DNA of 64,000 nucleotides from Bordetella parapertussis (GTDB taxonomy: Bacteria; Pseudomonadota; Gammaproteobacteria; Burkholderiales; JACQAP01). The position numbers and the translations under genes are program-made. The stretch lies in NCBI GenBank assembly GCA_945900965.1, contig CAMDKM010000011.1, positions 9,213 to 73,212 on the forward strand. Reading direction: 5' to 3'. The notes beneath the pieces are model-generated. The model did not search any database. It worked only from the letters and a program-made list of their open reading frames with translations, and was not told where the DNA came from. Shown here piece after piece: positions 1 to 9,220 of this stretch. The first letter of the stretch is position 1. Each line of letters starts with the position of its first letter.

Positions 1-759
1 TACGCGCTCGGACAGGAAACGCGCTACAAGGAATTGCTGGCCAATAATTTCGTGTCCCCGGAAGGATATGCCCAGGTGGCGGCGAATTTCCGCGCCCTCG
101 AATCCACGGTCGCCGGCAGCGTGTCGGCGGTCAACCGCGCGCGCATCAACATTGGCTACACCTCGATCCGCGCCACGCTCGACGGCCGCGCCGGCAAGGT
201 GCTGCTCGGCGAAGGCAATCTGATCAGGGCCAATGACGATCAGCCCATGGTGGTCATCAACCAGATCGCGCCGATCTATGTCAGCCTGGCGGTACCGGAA
301 AACCGGCTGAACGAAGTACGTGCATCACACAAAAAGGCACCAGTGCGAGTGGAAGTCGCGCCGGACAAGTCTGCGAGGCTGTCCGGATTGCTGGCCTTTG
401 TCGACAACGCGGTGGATGTGGCCACCGGCACGATCAAGTTGCGCGGCCAGTTCGCCAACCGCGACCGGCTGCTCTGGCCAGGACAATTTGTGGATGCCTG
501 GGTCGTACTGGGCGATGAGGAAAAAGCGCTGGTAGTGCCGACCCAGGCTTTGCAGACCGGCCCGAAGGGCCAGTTTGTTTATGTGGTCTCCGCCGATGGC
601 AGCGCGGAGTTGCGCGAAGTGACCGTGGCTCGTGCCGAAGGCAACGAAAGTGTGATTGCAGGCGGACTCAAGGTCGGTGAAACAGTGGTGGTGGACGGTG
701 CCTCGCGTGTGCAGCCCGGCTCCAAACTCGGCATCAAGACGCCGGACAAGCCGTCGTGA
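1..759 (+). CDS. RND efflux periplasmic adaptor (membrane fusion protein), C-terminal part; 5' end lies outside the window
   Basis: Frame 1 is open from the window edge. The C-terminal region resembles AcrA/MexA/MdtA-type adaptors (GQFVYVV...ELREVTV...VIAGGLKVGETVVVDG). Its stop overlaps the GTG start of the downstream RND pump (GTGA at 756-759). Confidence 0.8.
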   Translation, partial: YALGQETRYKELLANNFVSPEGYAQVAANFRALESTVAGSVSAVNRARINIGYTSIRATLDGRAGKVLLGEGNLIRANDDQPMVVINQIAPIYVSLAVPENRLNEVRASHKKAPVRVEVAPDKSARLSGLLAFVDNAVDVATGTIKLRGQFANRDRLLWPGQFVDAWVVLGDEEKALVVPTQALQTGPKGQFVYVVSADGSAELREVTVARAEGNESVIAGGLKVGETVVVDGASRVQPGSKLGIKTPDKPS

Positions 760-3700
760 GCATCGCCGAGATTTTTGTCCGCCGGCCGGTGATGACCGGG
801 CTGGTGATGATAGGCATCCTCGCCTTTGGCATCATTTCCTACCGGCAATTGCCGGTGTCGGATCTGCCCAACGTCGACTTCCCCACCATTGCGGTCACGG
901 CCTCCCTGCCCGGCGCCAGCCCGGAGACCATGGCCGCCGCAGTGGCCACGCCGCTTGAAAAAGAATTTTCCACGATCGCCGGCCTGGACTCGATGGATTC
1001 GTCGAGTGCGCTGGGTCTGACCCGCGTCACGCTGCAATTCGCCCTGGATCGCAACATCGATGCAGCCGCCCAGGACGTGCAATCGGCCATCACCCGCGCG
1101 CTGCGCCAACTGCCGGCGCAGATGAGCACGCCGCCATCGTTCCAGAAAGTCAATCCGGCGGACGCAGCGATTTTCTCGCTGTCGCTGACATCGAAGACGC
1201 TGCCCATGTCGGCGGTGGACGAATTTGCCCAGAGTCTGCTTGCGCAACGCATCTCCACCATTGCCGGAGTCGCACAGGTGCAGGTGATCGGTTCGCAGAA
1301 ATACGCGGTGCGCGTGCAACTCGACCCGCGCGCGCTGGCCAGTCGAGGCGTGGGCATTGACGAAGTGGCGCAAGCACTCAACCGCCACAATTCCAACCTT
1401 CCTACCGGCACGCTCAACGGCGCCCAGCGGGCCTACACCATCGAATCCAGCGGGCCGTTGCACAGCGCCGCCGATTTCCGGCCGATCGTGGTGGTCTGGC
1501 GCAATGGCGCCCCGATTAGACTCAACGAACTGGGTCGGGTGATCGACAGCGTACAAAACAATAAAATGGCGGCCTGGTTGAACGACGAGCCGGGCATCAT
1601 CATCCAGGTGCAACGCCAGCCCGGCACCAACACGATTCGCATCGTGGACTCCATCAAGCAACTGCTGCCCGGCTTCCAGGCCCAGGCGCCCGCTGGCTTG
1701 TCGATCGATATTCTCTACGACCGAACCATCTCGATCCGCGATTCGGTCGCCGATGTGAAATTTTCGCTGATGCTGGCGCTGGCGCTGGTGATTCTGGTGA
1801 TCTTCCTTTTTCTGCGCAACATCTCCGCGACGGTGATTCCCAGTCTCGCGCTGCCCATGTCCATCGCCGGAACGTTCCCCGTGATGTATCTGATGGGTTA
1901 CAACATCGACAATTTGTCACTCATGGCGTTGACGCTATGTGTGGGATTTGTGGTGGACGACGCCATCGTAATGCTGGAAAACATCAGCCGGCACCTGGAA
2001 ATGGGCAAGACCCGCATGCAGGCCACGCTGGATGGCGCTCGCGAAGTGGGTTTCACCATTGTCTCGATGACCCTGTCGCTGGCGGCGGTGTTCATTCCGG
2101 TGTTGTTCATGGGCGGGGTGCTGGGTCGACTGCTGCACGAATTCGCGGTTACCATCATAGCAGCGGTCCTGGTGTCGGGGTTCGTATCTCTGTCGCTCAC
2201 ACCGATGTTGTGCAGCCGCTGGTTGCGTCCCGAGCGAGAACGGCACCATGGTCTGGTTTACAGGGCATCGGAACGCGCCTTCGATGCCCTGCGCGATTTC
2301 TATGACCTGACGCTGCGCTGGTCGCTGCACCACCGGCGCACGGTGATGATCCTGTTCGCAGCGATTTTCGCCACCACGGTGTGGCTGTTCGACAAGATTC
2401 CGATGGGGTTTTTGCCGAGTATCGATACCGGCCAGTTGTTGGTGTTCACCGAGGCCGCGCAGGATATTTCCTTCGACGCCATGGCGCAGAAACAACGGCA
2501 GGCGGCCCGCATTGTGCGCGATGATCCCAATGTGGCCGCATCCATGGCCTTCATCGGCCCATCGTCCACCTCCGGCGCCAGCCAGACGCTGAACCTCGGG
2601 CGCATATTCGTCCGCCTCAAGCCGCGGGAAGAACGCCTGCACGCCGATGCCATCATTCAGGAATTGCGCCCCAAGCTGACTTCCATACCCGGACTCAAAG
2701 TTTATCTGCAGAACATTCCGCCGATTCGAATCGGCGGCAAAGTCACCAAAAGCGAATACCAGTACACCCTGCAGGATACCGACACCGACGAGCTCTATCG
2801 TTGGGCGCCGATTCTGGAAGCCAAACTCAAGTCGCTGCCGGATTTTGTGGATGTGGCGAGCGACCTGCAAATCACCAACCCCACCGTGCGGGTGGATATC
2901 GACCGCGACCGGGCTTCTTCTCTCGGCGTCACCGCCGAGCAGGTAGAGGATGCCTTGTACAGCGCCTTCAGCTCGCGTCAGGTATCGACCATTTATACGC
3001 CCGCCAATCAATACTGGGTCATTCTCGAACTCGAACCTCAGTATCAGGACAGCCCGGAAGCCCTGTCCCTGCTGCACGTTCGCTCGGGCCCCGGAGCATT
3101 GGTGCCGCTTTCCGCGGTGGCACGCATCGAACACGGCATCAGTCCGCTGATCGTGACCCATCAGGGTCAACTGCCTTCGGTCACGCTGTCCTTCAACCTG
3201 AAGAAAGGCGTGGCGCTCAGCCAGGCCATTGAAGAGGTCAACAAGGTCGTTGCGGAATTGCGCATACCGCCCACGTTGATCGGCAGTTTCCAGGGCACGG
3301 CACAAGCCTTCCAATCGTCTCTGGCTGGCATGGGATTGTTGTTGCTGATGTCGATTTTTGTGATCTATCTGATCCTCGGCATCCTGTATGAAAGTTACAT
3401 CCATCCGATCACCATTCTGTCCGGCCTGCCGACGGCGGGATTCGGCGCTCTGCTCACGCTGATGCTTTTCAAGATGGATCTGAACATGTACGGCTTCGTG
3501 GGTCTGATCATGCTGATCGGCATCGTCAAGAAAAACGCCATCATGATGATCGATTTCGCCATCGCCGCCCAGCGCAACGACGGCAAGGACCCGGCGCAGG
3601 CCATCTACGAAGCCTGCCTGATCCGCTTCCGGCCCATCATGATGACCACCATGGCCGCACTCATGGGCACGCTGCCGATCGCCATGGGCTTCGGCGCCGG

Positions 3701-3863
3701 CTCCGAAGCACGCAGGCCTCTGGGGCTGGCGGTCGTTGGCGGCCTGATGGTGTCGCAAGTGCTCACGCTCTACATCACACCGGTGGTGTATCTGTACCTG
3801 GAGAAACTGCGGACCTGGCGCAGCGGAAAACCCGATTCATCCGCCGCCCCGGCGGCAGCCTGA
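756..3863 (+). CDS. RND (HAE1 family) inner-membrane efflux permease, AcrB/MdtB/MdtC-like
   Basis: 1035-aa ORF. The N-terminus MSIAEIFVRRPVMTGLVMIGILAFGIISYRQLPVSDLPNVDFPTI, two large periplasmic loops and 12 hydrophobic segments are diagnostic of this family. Translationally coupled to the adaptor. Confidence 0.93.
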   Translation: MSIAEIFVRRPVMTGLVMIGILAFGIISYRQLPVSDLPNVDFPTIAVTASLPGASPETMAAAVATPLEKEFSTIAGLDSMDSSSALGLTRVTLQFALDRNIDAAAQDVQSAITRALRQLPAQMSTPPSFQKVNPADAAIFSLSLTSKTLPMSAVDEFAQSLLAQRISTIAGVAQVQVIGSQKYAVRVQLDPRALASRGVGIDEVAQALNRHNSNLPTGTLNGAQRAYTIESSGPLHSAADFRPIVVVWRNGAPIRLNELGRVIDSVQNNKMAAWLNDEPGIIIQVQRQPGTNTIRIVDSIKQLLPGFQAQAPAGLSIDILYDRTISIRDSVADVKFSLMLALALVILVIFLFLRNISATVIPSLALPMSIAGTFPVMYLMGYNIDNLSLMALTLCVGFVVDDAIVMLENISRHLEMGKTRMQATLDGAREVGFTIVSMTLSLAAVFIPVLFMGGVLGRLLHEFAVTIIAAVLVSGFVSLSLTPMLCSRWLRPERERHHGLVYRASERAFDALRDFYDLTLRWSLHHRRTVMILFAAIFATTVWLFDKIPMGFLPSIDTGQLLVFTEAAQDISFDAMAQKQRQAARIVRDDPNVAASMAFIGPSSTSGASQTLNLGRIFVRLKPREERLHADAIIQELRPKLTSIPGLKVYLQNIPPIRIGGKVTKSEYQYTLQDTDTDELYRWAPILEAKLKSLPDFVDVASDLQITNPTVRVDIDRDRASSLGVTAEQVEDALYSAFSSRQVSTIYTPANQYWVILELEPQYQDSPEALSLLHVRSGPGALVPLSAVARIEHGISPLIVTHQGQLPSVTLSFNLKKGVALSQAIEEVNKVVAELRIPPTLIGSFQGTAQAFQSSLAGMGLLLLMSIFVIYLILGILYESYIHPITILSGLPTAGFGALLTLMLFKMDLNMYGFVGLIMLIGIVKKNAIMMIDFAIAAQRNDGKDPAQAIYEACLIRFRPIMMTTMAALMGTLPIAMGFGAGSEARRPLGLAVVGGLMVSQVLTLYITPVVYLYLEKLRTWRSGKPDSSAAPAAA

Positions 3864-3876
3864 CTTAAATCTCAAA

Positions 3877-4284
3877 ATGGAAAATCCCGTATCCACGACA
3901 CCTTCAACAACACCCGATCCGTCCGTGGTGACCATTGCCCATGTCGTTTATGGCCTGCACGCCTTGAGCATACTGATCGGCTTGACCAGTTTTGCCACCA
4001 TCGTCGGAGCTTTCGTGTTCGGCGTCCCCTCGATCATCGCGGTGATCCTGAATTACCTGCACCAGCCCAAAGCCCGCGATACCTACCTCGCCTCGCATTT
4101 CCGCTGGCAGATCCGCACTTTCTGGTTTGCTGTGTTGTGGGTATTTTTCGCGCTGGCGTTGTTCGTTACCATCATCGGCATTCCGTTGGCCTGGGCTGTC
4201 CTGGTGGGTGCAGGTATCTGGATCATCTACCGCGTCGCGCGTGGCTGGCTTGCGTTGTCGGAACGCAAGGCAATGGTGATTTGA
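3877..4284 (+). CDS. small integral membrane protein, unknown function (about 4 TM)
   Basis: 135-aa ORF starting 14 nt after the RND pump. Hydrophobic helices, motif HFRWQIRTFWF. Family not confidently recognised. Confidence 0.6.
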   Translation: MENPVSTTPSTTPDPSVVTIAHVVYGLHALSILIGLTSFATIVGAFVFGVPSIIAVILNYLHQPKARDTYLASHFRWQIRTFWFAVLWVFFALALFVTIIGIPLAWAVLVGAGIWIIYRVARGWLALSERKAMVI

Positions 4285-4354
4285 CCCCCCCTCTCCCCTC
4301 GCGGGACAAGGGCACACTTGAAGCGGAGCAGAGGGGGAAGACAACAAGCATTAC

Positions 4355-5323
4355 TCAATCAATTTTCGCCCCCGCCTTTTTAATAACCGCCGCCCAACGC
4401 GGCCGCTCGCGTTTCACCAAATCCTGAAACTGTTGCGGCGAACTGCCATCCGGATCAGTACCGAGTTCCGCGAAGCGTTGCCGCACGGCAGGCGATTGGA
4501 GTGACGCGACAATTTCCCGATGCAGTTTCTCTACAATCGCCGTCGGCATATTCGCCGGACCAATGACCCCACCCCAAGCGACGGTCTCGTACCCCGGCAG
4601 TCCCGATTCGGCGATGGTGGGTACATTCGGAAATAAGACAGAGCGCCGAGGCCCCGATACGCCCAGCGGCCGCAGGCGTCCGGCTTTGACATGTGGCGCC
4701 ACCGAGGTAATGTTGTCGAAAATCACCTGCGCTTGGCCGGCGATCAAATCCGTGATCGCCTGCGGGCCGCCGCGATACGGCACATGCAGCATGTCCACGC
4801 CCGCCATGGTCTTGAACAATTCGCCGCCAAGGTGCCCCGTGGTGCCATTACCCGGCGAAGCGAACGCCAGCGTCCCGGGATGTTCCTTCGCATGGGCAAT
4901 CAATTGGCCAACACTCTTCACCGGAAGATCGTTGTTGACCGCCAGCAGGTTGGCGACTCGCAGGCAATTTGATATCAGTGTCAGATCGCGCTCGACGTCA
5001 TAGGGAAGATTCGGCAGCAATCCCTGATTGATGGCGAGCGACACAATGTTGCCGTAGCCAAGCGTATAGCCGTCGGGTGGGGCCCGCACAATTTCCATCG
5101 TGCCTATCACTGCGTTGGCGCCAGGTTTGTTCAAAATGACGATGGGCTGCCCCAGGCGTTGGGACAATTCGGCGGTAAGAATGCGCATCAGCACATCCGG
5201 CGACCCGCCGGGAGAACCCGAGACGATGAAACGAATCGGTTTATCCGGGTATTCCGGACGTGCGATTCCTGCGAGCGCCAGCAACGCGAATGCAAACAAC
5301 ATCCGCAATACCCATTTCGTCAT
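4355..5323 (-). CDS. Bug/TctC-family tripartite tricarboxylate transporter substrate-binding protein (orphan)
   Basis: Start chosen at the internal ATG (5323), preceded by AAGGTGA. Signal peptide MTKWVLRMLFAFALLALAGIA. Family motifs GGSPDVLMRIL, NKPGANAVIG, SPGNGTTGHLGGELF, HVPYRGGPQAITDLIAGQ. Confidence 0.85.
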   Translation of the reverse strand: MTKWVLRMLFAFALLALAGIARPEYPDKPIRFIVSGSPGGSPDVLMRILTAELSQRLGQPIVILNKPGANAVIGTMEIVRAPPDGYTLGYGNIVSLAINQGLLPNLPYDVERDLTLISNCLRVANLLAVNNDLPVKSVGQLIAHAKEHPGTLAFASPGNGTTGHLGGELFKTMAGVDMLHVPYRGGPQAITDLIAGQAQVIFDNITSVAPHVKAGRLRPLGVSGPRRSVLFPNVPTIAESGLPGYETVAWGGVIGPANMPTAIVEKLHREIVASLQSPAVRQRFAELGTDPDGSSPQQFQDLVKRERPRWAAVIKKAGAKID

Positions 5324-5351
5324 GGGCACTTCACCTTCTTTGCGCCGGGCC

Positions 5352-6371
5352 TCACCCTCGACTTCCGCCGACTGCAGCGAGGACACCAGCGCGGCGTCGC
5401 TCCAGCTTCCACCAGACAACAGCCGACAAGGCGGAGAGAAAGAATGCGCTAGCGACTGCGAATCCGCTGCTGGTTGTCACTAGCGAATTTGCCGCCAACC
5501 CGAGACCGAGCCACAGCGCCGGAGCCCGGAGCACGGCAGCCATCGATCGCGACGGCCGCCTTCGTTTGATGACGATCGCCGAAATCAACACCGCAAGCAC
5601 AAGCCCCCCAGATGCCCCCCACCAAGCATTGCTGGCGGGGGCTCCTGGCAAGAGGACTGCCATGGCGGCAGCGATGCGAATCGAACCTCCGAGATAATCG
5701 GTTCGTCTCATCCAGTCGGATCCTCCGATCAGCAGGCGCAATCCGTCATTCCCCGGAGGAAGAGGGACATTGTCGTCAGTGGACGCAAGGCCCTCAATCG
5801 GGCGCAGAAGCACTCGCATGGCGAGGCTCGCGAGCCAGCCCGCTGGCAACGCAAGTGGCGCGGCGATAAGTGGGATCGGCACCACGAACAGGAGCGCGAG
5901 CGTCCCGAGCACCAGCCACTCGACAACGCGCACAGCGGCGCGGCGAATGCGATGTCGCGGCGGCTCCGCCCATGTGGCGAGCGAGATAAGACGATCCGCC
6001 GAGCGCAACACGCGCCGACTCCGGGCAAGATCGAGTGCCTCGAAGGCTTCGTCGAAGCTGACCCAGCGAACCCTGCGCTTTTCGAGCGGCTTGCTGCGGC
6101 CGCTGTAGGCCATCAGAAAATACTCGATGGAGATCCAATCCCCTTCCTGCCTTTGCTTGACGCGCCGCAGGCGCCGGATTGGCCGCACACGCACACCCGC
6201 CTCTTCGCTAACCTCGCGCTGCGCGGTTTCGGCGGCACTCTCCCGTTTCTCGACATGCCCCTTCGGAAATACCCATCGGTCGCGCGTACCGCTGGCTTCA
6301 ACAAGGAGGTAACGCGGTCCATCGCCTGTCAGCTTGAAGACGATCCCTCCTCCATGCGTTGAGCGGCTCAC
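5352..6371 (-). CDS. Nudix hydrolase domain fused to a C-terminal polytopic membrane domain
   Basis: Complete Nudix box GHVEKRESAAETAQREVSEEAGV (GX5EX7REUXEEXGU), followed by about 190 aa with several hydrophobic helices. Start assigned to the GTG at 6371, which overlaps the CHAD gene stop (GTGA). The longer ATG-initiated ORF to 6497 would overlap the upstream gene by 130 nt. Confidence 0.7.
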   Translation of the reverse strand: MSRSTHGGGIVFKLTGDGPRYLLVEASGTRDRWVFPKGHVEKRESAAETAQREVSEEAGVRVRPIRRLRRVKQRQEGDWISIEYFLMAYSGRSKPLEKRRVRWVSFDEAFEALDLARSRRVLRSADRLISLATWAEPPRHRIRRAAVRVVEWLVLGTLALLFVVPIPLIAAPLALPAGWLASLAMRVLLRPIEGLASTDDNVPLPPGNDGLRLLIGGSDWMRRTDYLGGSIRIAAAMAVLLPGAPASNAWWGASGGLVLAVLISAIVIKRRRPSRSMAAVLRAPALWLGLGLAANSLVTTSSGFAVASAFFLSALSAVVWWKLERRRAGVLAAVGGSRG

Positions 6372-7282
6372 TGGGGCGGCGCCTCGACACTGCGCTGGGC
6401 CTCGTCCCAGAGAGGCCCAAGCTTGTCCGAGAGCAAGAAGGCCTTGCGCAGCGCAACGCGGCGAGCGCGTATGACCTTCACCAGCAGGCCCTCCCATACC
6501 CGTCGCTCGATCTTGGAGGCAGTGGCCATGGAAGTTTCAAGCAAGATCACCATTGAATCCGCGTCGTGGAGATCGCCCAGCACGTCATGGAATCGCGAAG
6601 CGCTCCGGTAGAGCCGCCGCACCTCCTTACCCAACGTGCGAGAGAAGGGCTCTATCGCGTAACGCAGGCGCTTGTTCCCGATGCGCAGACTGTGCATGGA
6701 CTCCGACGTCGCCTGCCTCCGCGCGGCCGTCCAACGCGCGCGCACATCCAGCAATCGCTCGTGCACCCGCTGGCACGCAAACACATAGGTGGGCTGGACA
6801 GATGCCGCGTCCTGCTCGATCAACCCGATACTCGCGCCGAGCTGCGTCGGGAAGCCCTCAAGCTGAAGACGATCGACCATCGTGGCGAGCGCCTCCGCGG
6901 CCTTGAGCCGCTCCGCCTCCAGCCGCGAAACAAGCTCGGTCACGCTGCGCGGCAGTTCCGTGTGCCCGGCAGTGAGTTTCCGCAGATGGATCAGGGCTAC
7001 GTCCCGATCACGCACCTCGCCAAGGGCGTCATTCAGGTTTTCAATCCACTCCCGATGCTTGCGAAAAACCTTCTTTTGCAAGACGGGCCGAAAGAGCCGG
7101 AAAGCCTCACGGAAACGTTTTACCGCCACACGCAGGTCGTGAATTCCTTTATGCGAGTCGGCGCCGTGAGCGTCGGGAATCTTTTCCAGAAGATCGAGCA
7201 GAACTGCCTGCAATACCTTCGATGACGCGCGCGCCACCGGCATGCGACGCGAAAGTCCTGCGATCCAGATCGGCTTGGCCAT
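6368..7282 (-). CDS. CHAD domain-containing protein
   Basis: Two CHAD-type conserved helices: HDLRVAVKRFREAFRLF and HSLRIGNKRLRYAIEPF. Start is uncertain (ATG 7282 or GTG 7372). Confidence 0.75.
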   Translation of the reverse strand: MAKPIWIAGLSRRMPVARASSKVLQAVLLDLLEKIPDAHGADSHKGIHDLRVAVKRFREAFRLFRPVLQKKVFRKHREWIENLNDALGEVRDRDVALIHLRKLTAGHTELPRSVTELVSRLEAERLKAAEALATMVDRLQLEGFPTQLGASIGLIEQDAASVQPTYVFACQRVHERLLDVRARWTAARRQATSESMHSLRIGNKRLRYAIEPFSRTLGKEVRRLYRSASRFHDVLGDLHDADSMVILLETSMATASKIERRVWEGLLVKVIRARRVALRKAFLLSDKLGPLWDEAQRSVEAPPQ

Positions 7283-7436
7283 ACTTGAAAGGATACAACA
7301 TGGGCAGGTGCCAGCGGAGGAAGCTGGTCGCGCGAATAAGGGTAACCCTAAAATCGCCACCGGTGCCTTCACTGGCGCGCAGCTATGTGAATCCGGTGGA
7401 AGGCGTAGATTTCCGTTAGCGGCACTGTGATGTAGT

Positions 7437-7466
7437 ATGTGTACTGTTACTGTAGGAGGTACACAC
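7437..7466 (+). promoter_or_regulatory. putative vapBC operator/promoter-proximal inverted repeat
   Basis: ATGTGTAC (7437-7444) and GTACACAC (7459-7466) form a 7/8 inverted repeat. It spans the AGGAGG Shine-Dalgarno and ends 2 nt before the vapB ATG. A TAGTAT -10-like hexamer lies at 7433-7438. Type II antitoxins commonly autoregulate through such sites. Confidence 0.35.
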
Positions 7467-7467
7467 T

Positions 7468-7662
7468 ATGCGTACGAATATTGTAATCGACGACAAGCTC
7501 ATGAAGGATGCTTTGCGGGCCACGGGAGCGAAGTCGAAGCGTGAAGCCGTTGAACTGGGATTGAGGACGCTCGTGGATCTGCGCAAGCAGGAGCAGGCTC
7601 GGCGACTCCGGGGAAAGATCACATGGGAGGGCAACCTCGATTCGATGAGGACCGATAAGTGA
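7468..7662 (+). CDS. vapB: type II antitoxin, VapB family
   Basis: 64 aa. N-terminus MRTNIVIDDKLMKDALRATGAKSKREAVELGLRTLV. Strong SD (AGGAGG). 4-nt overlap with the downstream PIN gene. Confidence 0.85.
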   Translation: MRTNIVIDDKLMKDALRATGAKSKREAVELGLRTLVDLRKQEQARRLRGKITWEGNLDSMRTDK

Positions 7663-8069
7663 TTCTTGTCGATTCCAGCGTGTGGATTGACTACTTCCGT
7701 GGCGCCACGACGCCACAGGTTGAACTATTGGATGGGCTTTTCGGACGGAAGCGCCTGGCCGTTGGCGACTTGATCGAGGTTGAAGTGCTGCAGGGTGTAC
7801 GCGATGAACGTGAGTTCAACCTGGTGCGCAAGACGCTGGATGCATTTGCCAAAATTGATCTGGTTGGCCACGACGTGGCGGTCAAGGCGGCGCGGAACTA
7901 CCGAACACTACGAAGGTTGGGAATTGCCGTGCGTAAAACTATTGATACGCTGATCGCGACACGGTGCATAGAGGACGGATTGACGCTCCTTCATTGCGAT
8001 AAGGACTTCGATCCATTTGCGACGCACCTTGGTCTCCGCGTGGCGTATTCGGAAACCGACTCGGGATAA
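7659..8069 (+). CDS. vapC: type II toxin, VapC (PIN-domain ribonuclease)
   Basis: 136 aa. N-terminus MILVDSSVWIDYFRG carries the first PIN acidic residue; the C-terminal part has LLHCDKDF. Overlaps vapB. Confidence 0.88.
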   Translation: MILVDSSVWIDYFRGATTPQVELLDGLFGRKRLAVGDLIEVEVLQGVRDEREFNLVRKTLDAFAKIDLVGHDVAVKAARNYRTLRRLGIAVRKTIDTLIATRCIEDGLTLLHCDKDFDPFATHLGLRVAYSETDSG

Positions 8070-8288
8070 GGGACGCGGATGAGGAAAGAGACACCACGGC
8101 AGGTTCATGGCAGACAATTGCGACGAACGCGCCTTGTCCGCTCTCCCCAAGACGAGCGAATTTGACCGTAAAAACGTGGGGCTAAGATCAAAACTTGGCC
8201 GATTTTCCATGGCTAAACCGGGAATATCAAACAGTTACGCTGGTCCGACCCCTACCCTATACCCCCCGTCCGAACAACGGAGAATCTC

Positions 8289-8732
8289 ATGGTATTTCAC
8301 GGCAAGTGGTACGACGAAGTCCGCGTGGGGGAGACCTTCGGCACCCGGCTGACGGTGACAGAAACGCATCTCGTGCTGGGTTCGGGCATGTTCGGCGATT
8401 TCAATCCGCTGCATGTAGACGAGGAATTCGCAAAGAAATCCTTGTTTGGCGGCCGCATTCTGCATGGGCCGTTCACGAGCGCCCTGGTATCCGCCCCGGT
8501 AGGCAACTACTTCGCCGGCACCGCAATCGCCTGCCTTGAACATGCCTGTCGCTTTAAAGCGCCCGTGCGCTCCGGCGACACACTTAGCACGCTCTGGACC
8601 GTGACCGAACTGCTGCCCAAGCCGAAACACAAGGGCGGCATCGTCGTGATGCGCTGCGAGTGCCACAATCAGAACGAGGATCTGGCAGTCGAGGCGGACG
8701 GCAAAATACTGGTGGCAAGCCGTCCAGCCTGA
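8289..8732 (+). CDS. MaoC-like (R)-specific enoyl-CoA hydratase / hot-dog fold dehydratase
   Basis: 147 aa. Hydratase motif GDFNPLHVDEEFA plus ILHGPFT. Confidence 0.85.
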   Translation: MVFHGKWYDEVRVGETFGTRLTVTETHLVLGSGMFGDFNPLHVDEEFAKKSLFGGRILHGPFTSALVSAPVGNYFAGTAIACLEHACRFKAPVRSGDTLSTLWTVTELLPKPKHKGGIVVMRCECHNQNEDLAVEADGKILVASRPA

Positions 8733-8850
8733 CGATAAGGCGGGCGATCTGCCGATGCCTTTATCGTGCAAGTGGCGGCAGCGGCGGGCTGCCAAAGAAC
8801 GGTAACGTTCGATAAGAGTGCGGCGAGACTGGGCATGACTTTGCTGCATT

Positions 8851-9008
8851 AACCTAAAAGCCGCAATTCAGCCACAGAGTACAGGGAACACAGAAAGATT
8901 CAAGGACTTGAGTCCGCATGCGGCACCCACCAGACGGGGGAGCATGAAGAACAACTTACATTCTTGATTTTCCTCTGTGTCCTGTGTGGCAAATAGCCTT
9001 TTCTAGGA
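8851..9008. repeat. CACAGAG-arm intergenic element, copy 1 (MITE-like, non-coding)
   Basis: Outer AACCTAAAAG / CTTTTCTAGG. Arms GCCACAGAGTACAGGGAACACAG and CCTCTGTGTCCTGTGTGGC in inverted orientation. Subterminal TTCTTGATTTT. Collinear with the 18589-18737 copy. Confidence 0.8.
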
Positions 9009-9220
9009 TTAAGCAGGTTCGAGCAGCTGGATCGGCGTCGATGCTGACGGAAGGTTACGCCCCCCACGTGCCCGTATGATCACCGCGTCTATGTGCCGCA
9101 GACCTGAAAAATGCGCACAATTTGAAAATGCGCTCTAATCCCACACCGGCCGGGTAAACCGGCTTTGCCCGATCCGCCTGCCAGGCAATTTATCACCGGA
9201 CGTTGTTCACCCACCACCCG

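Noticed and set aside
579-3758. Long antisense ORFs inside the RND pump gene (579-1661 -, 1935-3758 -). Similar ones lie opposite other genes: 9089-10312, 10499-11551, 34784-35800, 43859-44629, 46897-47940, 50777-51868, 51962-53374, 54490-55359.
   Set aside because: These are typical shadow ORFs of a GC-rich genome. They are Arg/Gly/His-rich and low-complexity, carry no motifs, and each lies opposite a gene with unmistakable family signatures.
4286-4345. A CCCCCTCTCCCCTCGC...GCAGAGGGGG tract between the convergent genes, as a seventh heptad-arm element or a terminator.
   Set aside because: There is only an 8-bp potential stem with a loop of about 33 nt, no T-run, and it is too short to show the family's module order. 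It is noted as possibly related, but that is not supportable.
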